Below, in pieces: positions 28,401-40,400 of a DNA stretch of 64,000 nt (its first letter is position 1; each line of letters starts with the position of its first letter). The notes under the pieces are model-generated. The model was not told where the DNA came from, did not search any database, and was given only the letters and a program-made list of their open reading frames with translations. The translations under genes and the position numbers were made by a program. The stretch is taken from positions 50,034,001 to 50,098,000 of the forward strand of contig OZ320317.1 of the NCBI GenBank assembly GCA_976226885.1. The letters are read 5' to 3'. The DNA is from Iphione sp. A-MEVVRFRX5 (taxonomy: Eukaryota).

Positions 28401-31400
28401 TATCTCACACCGGCTGTCACGGAAGAGATCAATATCGGTCTGACGTGCCTGTTAGCTAGTACGTTTGATTTTAGATTGTCAGATTCACTTTTATCTTTAT
28501 GGAAACAGGTGGTTCTAACTCCCATACTATGAACATCTATATTGCTTAGGAATGCCCTCTGTCTACTTCCATGGGCTCATCTGCTATTTATGTAATCCTG
28601 TCGTCAGTATAACTTTCTTAGCACCATTCTTTATTTTCAGGTCTATCCAACAGGTCTCGGGTACTGGTACTCTGGTGTGTTAGACATTGGTCAGCTACCA
28701 TTTACACCAGTAGATGTTATGCGATTTGTGATTATACCATCTGATGTTGTCGCACTGCGAAACCTCACTGTTGAAGTTTGTAATCTGGGTAAGTAAAGAG
28801 TTATATGTTTAGTGGAATAAATCCTAATAAGATTCCAATAATGTTCGAGTGCAAAATGCTGCACATTAATGACAAAATTTCAGTATTAAAAATAACTATA
28901 CTAAAATCTGTAATCATTCCTCCAGGAACAACATCAACACATGGAAGTACAACAGTAACAGGGACAACAACAACAGAAATAACTGGAACAACAACAACAG
29001 CAGTGACTGGCACTACTAGTGTGACTGGCACCACTACCACTGGGGTGACAGGTACTACTTCAACTGGGGTGACTGCAACTACCACAACACCTGGTGTGCA
29101 TGTGACAACATCAACACCCACTGTGGGAACAACCACAACACCAGGAGTGTTCAGTACAACTACGACAGGTACAACTGGCACCACAAGTGTGACAGGTACT
29201 ACTGGTGTGACTGGAACAACCACAACTGGTGTAACAGGTACCACCAGCACTGGTGTGACTGGAACTACCACAACACCGGGTGTGCATGTGACAACATCAA
29301 CACCCACTATTGGAACAACCACAACACCAGGAGTGTACAGTACAACTACGACAGGTACAACTGGAACCACAAGTGTAACAGGTACTACTGGAGGAACTAG
29401 CACCACCACCACCGGTGTGACAGGTACCACTACCACTGGTGTGACTGGAACTACCACAACACCAGGTGTGCATGTGACAACATCAACACCCACTGTTGGA
29501 ACAACCACAACACCAGGAGTGTACAGTACAACTACAACAGGTACAACTGGAACCACAAGTGTGACAGGTACTACCGGAGGAACTAGCACCACCACCACCG
29601 GTGTGACAGGTACCACTACCACTGGTGTGACTGGAACTACCACAACACCGGGTGTGCATCTGACAACATCAACACCCACTGTGGGAACAACCACAACACC
29701 AGGAGTGTACAGTACAACTACAACAGGTACAACTGGAACCACAAGTGTGACAGGTACTACAGGTGTGACTGGAACAACCACCAGCAGAGTGACTGGAACG
29801 ACCACCACAACAGTAGTGACTGGCACTACTGGAGGAACTAGCACCACAACAACTGGTGTGACAGGTACCACTACCACTAGTGTGACTGGAACTACCACAA
29901 CACCAGGTGTGCATGTGACAACATCAACACCCACTATTGGAACAACCACAACACCAGGAGTGTACAGTACAACTACGACAGGTACAACTGGAACCACAAG
30001 TGTGACAGGTACTACTGGAGGAACTAGCACCACAACCACTGGTGTGACAGGTACAACTACCACTGGTGTAACTGCAACTACCACAACACCAGGTGTACAT
30101 GTGACAACATCAACACCCACTGTTGGAACAACCACAACACCAGGAGTGTACAGTACAACTACAACAGGTACAACTGGAACCACAAGTGTGACAGGTACTA
30201 CCAGAGGAACTAGCACCACCAGTACTGGTGTGACAGGTACCACTACCACTGGCGTGACTGGAACTACCACATCACCAGGTGTGCATGTGACAACCACAAC
30301 ACCCACTGTTGGAACAACCACAACACCAGAAGTGTACAGTACAACTACAACAGGTACAACTGGAACCACAAGTGTGACAAGTACTACTGGAGGAACTATA
30401 ACCACTACTGGTGTGACTGGCACCACTACCACTGGTGTGACTGGAACTACCACAACACCAGGTGTGCATGTGACAACATCAACACCCACTGTGGGAACAA
30501 CCACAACACCTGGAGGGTACAGTACAACTACAACAGGTACAACTGGAACCACAAGTGTGACAGGTACTACAGGTGTGACTGGAACAACCACCAGCAGAGT
30601 GACTGGAACGACCACCACAACAGGAGTGACTGGCACTACTGGAGGAACTAGCACCACAACAACTGGTGTGACAGGTACCACTACCACTAGTGTGACTGGA
30701 ACTACCACAACACCAGGTGTGCATGTGACAACATCAACACCCACTATTGGAACAACCACAACACCAGGAGTGTACAGTACAACTACGACAGGTACAACTG
30801 GAACCACAAGTGTGACAGGTACTACTGGAGGAACTAGCACCACAACCACTGGTGTGACAGGTACAACTACCACTGGTGTGACTGCAACTACCACAACACC
30901 AGGTGTACATGTGACAACATCAACACCAACTGTTGGAACAACCACAACACCAGGAGTGTACAGTACCACTACAACAGGTACAACTGGAACCACAAGTGTG
31001 ACAGGTACTACTGGAGGAACTAGCACCACCACCACTGGTGTGACAGGCACCACTACCACTGGTGTGACTGGAACTACCACAACACCAGGGGTGCATGTGA
31101 CAACATCAACACCAACAGTTGGAACAACCACAACACCAGGAGTATACAGTACAACTACGACAGGTACAACTGGAACCACAAGTGTGACAGGTACTACAGG
31201 TGTGACTGGAACAACCACCAGTGGTGTGACAGGTACCACCACCACTGGTGTGACTGGAACTACCACTACACCAGGGGTGCATGTGACAACATCAACACCA
31301 ACAGTTGGAACAACCACAACACCAGGAGTATACAGTACAACTACGACAGGTACACCTGGAACCACAAGTGTGACAGGTACTACTGGAGGAACTAGCACCA

Positions 31401-34400
31401 CCACTACTGGTGTGACAGGTACCACCACCACTGGTGTGACTGGAACTACCACAACACCAGGTGTGCATGTGACAACATCAACACCAACTGTTGGAACAAC
31501 CACAACACCAGGAGGGTACAGTACAACTACGACAGGTACAACTGGAACTACAAGTGTGACAGGTACTACAGGTGTGACTGGAACAACCACCAGAAGAGTG
31601 ACTGGAACGACCACCACAACAGGAGTGACTGGCACTACTCGAGGAACTAGCACCACGACCACTACTGGTGTGACAGGTACAACCACCACTGGTGTGACTG
31701 GAACTACCACAACACCGGGTGTGCATGTGACAACATCAACACCCACTGTTGGATCAACCACAACACCAGGCGTGTACAGTACAACAACCACAGGTACAAC
31801 TGGAACCACAAGTGTAACAGGTACTACACGAGGAACTAGCACCACCAGTACTGGTGTGACAGGTACCACAACCACTGGTGTGACTGGAACTACCACAACA
31901 CCAGCTGTGCATGTGACAACATCAACACCAACTGTTGGAACAACCACAACACCAGGAGTGTACAGTACAACTACGACAGGTACAACTGGAACCACAAGTG
32001 TGACAGGTACTACTGGAGGAACTAGCACCACCACTACTGGTGTGACAGGTACCACCAGCACTGGTGTGACTGGAACTACCACAACACCAGGTGTGCATGT
32101 GACAACATCAACACCCACTGTTGGAACAACCACAACACCAGGAGTGTACAGTACAACTACGACAGGTACAACTGGAACCACAAGTGTGACAGGTACTACT
32201 GGAGGAACTAGCACCACCACCATCGGTGTGACAGGTACCACTACAACTGGTGTGACTGCAACTACCACAACACCAGGTGTGCATGTGACAACATCAACAC
32301 CCACTGTTGGAACAACCACAACACCAGGACTCTACACTACAACAACAACAGGTACAACTGGAACCACAAGTGTGACAGGTACTACAGGTGTGACTGGAAC
32401 AACCACCATAGGAGTGACTGGAACAACCACAACAACAGGAGTCACTGGTACTATTGGTGTGACTAGCACCACCACTGGTATGACAGGTACCACACCGACT
32501 GTATCAGGGACAACAACAACCCCAGGCATCTCTGTGAGTACAACAACTGGAACCACAAGCACACAAACTGTCATCTTAGAAACTACTCAGCCCCCAACAA
32601 CAACAACTAGTCTAGGAACAATTTCATACACAACAACTCAACCAACTGGCACAACCACCACTGGTGTTACAGGAACTATGACTACTGGAGTAACTGCTAC
32701 CACTAGCACTAGTGTGACAGGAACCACTGCTGTGACAGGTACAACTAGTACAGAAGTGACAGGCACCCCAACTACTGGTGTAACGGGTAGCACTACCACT
32801 TTGTCTGGAACAACAACAACACCAGGTGTGCATGTAACAACAACAACACCCACCGTTGGAACAACCACAACACCAGCACTGTCCAGCACAACCAGAACAA
32901 CACAAGTAACTCCTTCCACAACAACTTCTTCTGTTGGAACAACGACCCCAGTGATTGGGTCCTCCACCACAGCCATTACAACTGGAACTACAGGTAGGAT
33001 TTAATTGATTTTAAAGTTTTTCTGTTTCCTTGAAAAAGAAACATTTGATGATTGTTCTCGTGTTCCGGATATACTGAAATTGAAATTTCGAGTACTGTAA
33101 TGTAAATTGTTTCAATCATCTCTTTATTCAGGCACACAGCCTACTACACCAGAAGTGTCTACAACAGCGATCTCAACGAGCACACGTAAGATACTTTGGT
33201 TTGCTTGTAGTATACATAGTAATATGCATATTCAAATATTTCGGTTTATTACAGGGATTTCGTTTTTAATATTGCTTTTTTTTAAAAGAGTTCTCTGTGT
33301 ATAGTCATATCGGATTCTTGAGACATATCTGAAAGAAACCAATATATATCCTGTGGGAAAACTTCATGTCAAACAAATAAGACATGGCCCTGAAAATGTT
33401 ACTGATTTGCTTTTGATCGTAGGATAACTTATCATTAGTAGATTCAGAATGCAAAGTATAGAAAAAAGAGGGGACATGTGTGTATAACCAGCCTAGATCC
33501 CAGAAGTGTTAATGTAGACAAATCAGCCACCTTTTTTAATTGGTTTAGAGAGGTCATTATCATTCCTTTTCGAAATTCAGTCATCTTCACTAGTATTGGA
33601 CTACCTTGCAGATACTGGCGTTTCCTCGCCTACAACACCAACTGTAACAGGGGGAACAACAAGTGTCACTGAGACAACAACATCAACCACTGCTACCACG
33701 CCACACGTCACAACTCCATTTGGTAAAAATATCTTGTAATCTTGTACAGAACATTTGAACGGTTACCTTCTGATAAAGAGCTCCTAGTGATATTATCATT
33801 ATTTCATATCTGAAAATAGTGAAGAATCATAACCAAATTACCTATGTGAGTGTATCATTGACGCTATATAAATGTAGTTGAAGTTACCTTATGCATATAA
33901 AGTATTCAACGATATGTTAAAATACATCGAGATAAATTGGTTGTAGTTTTTAAATGAGTAATAATGGAATACTGTAAATTTACGTTCTAAACTGAACACA
34001 CGAATAGCATTATTTCAAGCATTCATATTTTTCAGAAACCTCTACTACCACCACGCCACCACTCACCTCTTCCTCTACTGCGAGTAAGTGTCGTTTCTAT
34101 TTACAGCTACTAGAATCTAAACAATAGAACTTCTCATGGTGAACGCTTGAAGAACTAGTCGGATGGCCTGCTATGTAGGAATGGTCGTTGCGGAGAGAAT
34201 GACGTTGTATAAATTAAACACCAATATTGGCATAATAGTTCAGATTATATTCACTAGGGGAGTACTATGAGATACCTAAAGAGAATAATACCTGAAGATC
34301 ATACTTCAGTGTATGAACTTGTAACTTAAGGTTTCTTCCAAATTCTGCTCGCACTTTTACAGTCTGTCGGTTCCCTCCCCCATTCTCAAAGGTGATACTT

Positions 34401-37400
34401 TGTAATCTACTACATGCTAATTGTTCCGGGCTCATTTACTCAAAGACACTGACTTTTTTAGTCAAAGCCACTTGAATTTAACTGTATCCTGTTCTGTAGA
34501 CTTTAAAATATTTCAATTTCACAGGTATTACAACATCCACTGGTACCACCGTGGAAACAACCACGACCACATCAGGGCAGTTTACCACTGCAGTTCCAGT
34601 CACAACAACAAGTAAGTCATGATTTATTAAGTTGTTACTCGAACATGTGGTTCGTACAACCACACACTGAATCGTTTTGTCTGTTTCTCTTGTTCAAATT
34701 TATTTCACGATGTAGCTACTCTGTGCCATGTTACAATATGTTTCACTACTCTTTGGTTTTTGTGTACATACAAGTACATGGTCACAATTTGATCAACGAA
34801 TACTCAGTGTCCGACGAAATATATTCTAGATAGAAATATTTTTCTAACGTTTTATTTCCACTGGAAGGCACTTATACAATTAGTATATATTCCAGTAACA
34901 TCTTGTGCATTGCTAACAAAAATTGGAACCCTTAGTCACCGTGTTGTACCTCTGGCTGATAAACACATATCCGTAAACCTTACTCATGGTTAACTAACGC
35001 TCAGTATCCAAGCAAACTCTTTTCCTGCAAAAAATGTTATACAGTGAAGCTCATTCAGATACCGAGTCATGACTGGACATAATTTTGTATTGATAATATG
35101 TAGTCTCATCTGCTGAAAATTCAGTTTTGATGTAAATATTTAATTATACCATTTGAAAATGATATGTATTTTTCCCTCTAATATATCTATGGTGCATTTT
35201 AGAGCTGATTAAATACCTAAATAAAAGATTCCAAACACATTCTGTTTTAGTCTATACACAAATATACAACTTTAGTTAGTTTTTGCATGATAATAAAAAA
35301 ATTAAAAGTATGGAGGAGCCATTAACATTGTATTAGCCATGCTATTTACTAGTGTCTCTTTATATTTTGTTTCAGCTCCTTGTGCAAATGGAATCAGACT
35401 CTGGGATGCCATCAATAATATTGGTTTTACTGCTAAAAGTGGAACAGGAGATGATGCATCTGATATTCTTAAGGGTTCTGGAACTTCCTATATACCTGTT
35501 ATGGATGCCAATAATCAAACACAGGTCATATTTGAAACAACTTTCCCTGGAGGAATCACTGGCTTGTTGGACTTCAGTTTTGTTACTCGGGGTGGAGTAG
35601 AAGTTGTGATGGAAATTTATGGAGCAAATGGATTCAAGTACTTCTGGAATCAGGTATAGCCTAGAGTAAAGTGATTGAGCCTTTGAAGCTTAAACTGTGT
35701 TGCTTGATGTAATTTAGCATGTTAACAAGAATTGAATCTTAATTACTGATGTATAGTGAAAGTAAGTTATATTGTAATACAAAGTTTCACAAAAAAAGTT
35801 GTTTTTCCTTAGGGGCTATGATAAAAGTGTACATATGACCATATATTTATTCATTATAAGATAATTCCTGTGGTTTAGCTTTTGTGATCTTGTATGAAAT
35901 TTGTCATTAAAATGGTATTGAAACTTTATTTCTTTTTCCAGTTGACATTCCCTGATAGCAACCAGGAATACTATACTAAACCTACCATTGGAACAGTAAA
36001 CTATGCAGTTGGACATATTGATTTGATAATCACTGCTCAGAGCAACGAACCAGTCCTCAAAGACTTTATGGCTGAATTCTGTGAGGAGGTTACAACTACA
36101 GCAACAACCACTACTACAGCTGCTGTGGTAACAACTGCAACTCCTCCAACCCCAACAACAAGTATGTGGCTGTACACCCTGTTTACTCTCTTACTGAATC
36201 ATACCAGAATGGCTTACAAACTTGAACCATGACTTTTCTAGTTTATTTTGGATAGTTTAATGTGATCTACAAGTACTGATATGATTTGAAAATAATTCAT
36301 TAATCAATGTGGATAATATCAGCAAAAGATATGCTAATGTTCTTTACCTGGAAACTGTGATAAATATATAAGTCTGAGAATAAAGTTAAAACGTGATATG
36401 TATGTTTGTTTTTCCTACATATATGTCAAATTACAATCTGATTGAATGACTAAATAAAGATATTTTAGTCTATGTTTATACATGTTTCATTCCTTTACTA
36501 TCATATACAGGAGAAACTCACTTTGCGACCTCCTCACTTTGCGACCAAATCGACTATTGCGACCATTTTGGGTCGGAACGGAATTATTTTCAGTACATTT
36601 TCTATATGAGAGGAACTCACTTTGCGACCATATTGCTTTGCGACCAAATTCACCCTGCGACCACTCATCTTAGGGTCATTTTCTGTATATTTTAATATCA
36701 CTTTGCGACCGCCCAGCGTCAACGGGGACTTCTTTGATGGTCTCTCACCCTGGAGGGGGTCGGGTTGTTTTTAGTACATTTTAATATGGGCCAATTGGCG
36801 AAGGTGCTAATTGGCTGTCATTGCCAGCGCGACAGACCATTACACTGGCCGCTCGGCCACAGTCGCTTGCAGTGAGACCCTAGAGAGGGTCTGCCGAGAG
36901 TGAACGGGGGTGTCGGGGGTGACCTCTCTGATGTTCTCTCACCCTGGAGAGGGTCTGCCGAGAGTGGTAGGGGGTGTTGGGGGCGACCTCTCTGATGTTC
37001 TCTCACCTCTTTGAGTCACTTATAGTCATCAAATTCAGCACTTTTTGGACTTGAAGTCATCAAATTCAGCACTTTTTGGACTTTTAGTCATCAAATTCAG
37101 CACTTTTTGGACCTAAAGTCATCAAATTCAGCACTTTTTGGACGTTTCATATGTTAATAAAGAGAGAGGGAGAAAGGGATATGATTTCAAGCCCAGACCC
37201 CCTCCACAATCACTTTGCGACCATATTCAGAATTACGACCATTTTGGGCCGACCCAAGTGATGGTCGCAAAGTGAGGTTCTCCTGTATTGTACTTTTTAA
37301 GAATAATTCCATTCACCTCATTTTTAATAATATTCTTAACTTTCAAGCTCCATGTGCCAATGGAATCCACCTTTGGGATAACAGTAATACACTTGGATTT

Positions 37401-40400
37401 ACTGTTGAAAGTGAGACAGGACAAGATGCATCTGATATCTTAAAGGGATCAGGAACATCTTACAGTCCGGTGCCAGATGCTAACAACCAGACAAAGGTCA
37501 TCTTTGAAGTAACTACTCCTGGAGGAATTACAGGACTTCTTGACTTTGATTTTATTGTACAAGGTGGAATATCTGTGATAATAGAAATCTATGGCCCAAA
37601 TGGTTTCAAATATTTCTGGCATCAGGTAAGTAATTTCATTAAATTGATGCAAGTATTTTGTAGATTTGTACTCCTATGGCATACATTTGACCACCTTTCT
37701 AGAAGACTAGGTATAAAATGAAACAGAAAAACAGTAACAGCAAATACATTAAACAGAAGTGATCGATATATATGAAGCTTTTATCATGTAGATAGAAACA
37801 AATGTTAGCATATTTTATAGAAAGTTTTTAAGTTATTTATGTGTATTGATATAACATGCAAGTTGACATTGAAGTTTATTTAATATTTTACAGCTCAGCT
37901 ACCCTGACAGTAACCAGGAATACTTTTCTAATCCATCTCTTGGAACAATCACCTATCCAGTTGGTAAAATTGAGTTGACAATTACATCCCAAAATTATCA
38001 GCCTGTACTTAAGGACTTTATGGCTGAATTCTGTGAAGAAGTAACAACAACAGAAACTACAACAACTACATCAGGAGAAATGACCACCGCTACACCTCCC
38101 ACAACATCAGTTACAAGTACTACTAGTGTACCTGGAACAACATCTACTGTAGGAGCAACATCAACAGGAGTGACAGGATCAAGCACAACTGGAGTGACTG
38201 GCACTACTACTACTGGTGTAACTGGGACCACTAGTGTCACTGGTACTACAACAACAACTGGTGTGACTGGAACAACAACTGGTTTAACTGGATCAACAGG
38301 AGTGACTGGTACAACCACTACTGGAGTGACAGGCACCACTACTACGGTGTCTGGATCTACCACAACACCAGGTGTACATGTGACAACAACAACACTCACT
38401 GTGGGAACAACCACAACACCAGGAGTGTACAGTACAACTACCACAGGTACAACTGGAACCACAAGTGTGACAGGTACTACTGGAGGAACTAGCACCACAA
38501 GCACTGGTGTCACAGGTACAACCACCACTAGTGTGACTGGAACTACCACAACACCAGGTGTACATGTGACAACATCAACACCCACTGTGGGAACAACCAC
38601 AACAACAGGAGTATACAGTACAACTACAACAGGTACAACTGGAACCACAAGTGTGGCAGGTACTACTGGAGGAACTAGCACCACGACCACTGGTGTCACA
38701 GGTACAACCACCACTAGTTTGACTGGAACTACCACAACACCAGGTGTACATGTGACAACATCAACACCCACTGTGGGAACAACCACAACACCAGGAGGGT
38801 ACAGTACAACTACAACAGGTACAACTGGAACCACAAGTGTGACAGGTACTACTGGAGGAACTAGCACCACGACCACTGGTGTCACAGGTACAACCACCAC
38901 TAGTGTGACTGGAACTACCACAACACCAGGTGTACATGTGACAACATCAACACCCACTGTGGGAACAACCACAACACCAGGAGTATACAGTACAACTACA
39001 ACAGGTACAACTGGAACCACAAGTGTAACAGGTACTACTGGAGGAACTAGCACCACAAGCACTGGTGTCACAGGTACAACCACCACTAGTGTGACTGGAA
39101 CTACCACAACACCAGGTGTACATGTGACAACATCAACACCCACTGTGGGAACAACCACAACACCAGGAGGGTACAGTACAACTACAACAGGTACAACTGG
39201 AACCACAAGTGTGACAGGTACTACTGGAGGAACTAGCACCACAAGCACTGGTGTCACAGGTACAAGCACCACTAGTGTGACTGGAACTACCACAACACCA
39301 GGTGTACATGTGACAACATCAACACCCACTGTGGGAACAACCACAACACCAGGAGTATACAGTACAACTACAACAGGTACAACTGGAACCACAAGTGTGA
39401 CAGGTACTACTGGAGGAACTAGCACTACCACCACTGGTGTGACAGGTACCACTACCACTGGTGTGACTGGAACTACCACAACACCAAGTGTACATGTGAC
39501 AACATCACCCTCTATTGGAACAACAAGCACCACACCAGGAGTGGGCACTACAACAACCACAGGAGTGACAGGCACAACCACAACCGGTGTCACTGGAACT
39601 ACCACTACTGTATCCAGCACAACCACAACTCCAGGTGTACATGTGACATCATCTCCCTCTGTTGGAACCACCACTACACCAGGAGTAAGTACGACAACCA
39701 CCACAGGAGTGACTGGCACAACAACCACAGGAGTGACAGGCACTACTAGTGTAACAGGCACTACTGTCATTACAGGCTCAACAACTACATCAGGACAATT
39801 CACAACAGCAGTTCCAGTCACAACAACAAGTAAGCTGTTATAATATTTGTAATACTGTCTCTGCAAAAGTACGTTCCTTTTGCCTTAGATATATCTGAAT
39901 GAACTAAATCCAATTAGCTCATAAAGCTTGAAGCAGGAATTTTCAAGTTTTTCTGAGAAATTTAGAAGAAAATTGTAAATATTGACATTACTTGAAGATG
40001 ATATATTAATCTGTTTTGATAATATCAGCAAAGAAACTTTTCATCTTTGTTGCCTATTAAACTGTTAGGACTATGCAAGTCTAACATAAACTTGTAAGAT
40101 AATATGGTTATTGCCCTCTCTTTTATTTGCTGTATATTATACTGATTCAATTTCTGAACTTTAGTTGTAAATATGATGTTTTTTAATCTGTGTGTACTTA
40201 CATCCCATTATCAATCAATAAGACTATGTGTTCAGTATGAAAAGGATTTGGTTTAATTATTGCAGTCAAGGCATAGATATTGTTTCCAGAAAAGATACAA
40301 TTTTTAGTTTTTGCATGATCATAAAACATTGAAAGTATAGTGTAGTCTTTAACATTGTACCCTACATGCTGTTTACTCATGTCCTTTTATATATTATTTC

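Noticed and set aside
29669-31726. Cys/Ser/His-rich minus-strand ORFs resembling metallothionein or keratin-associated proteins (also 1723-1926, 21335-21655, 38293-38565)
   Set aside because: Alternative antisense frames of the same Thr repeat (ACA reads TGT); an artefact of composition.
37024-37143. Regularly spaced 31-bp repeats, and ~60-bp repeats at 3445-3680, as a possible CRISPR array
   Set aside because: Head-to-tail tandem units with no unique spacers, inside MITEs in an intron-rich eukaryotic gene, with no cas genes.
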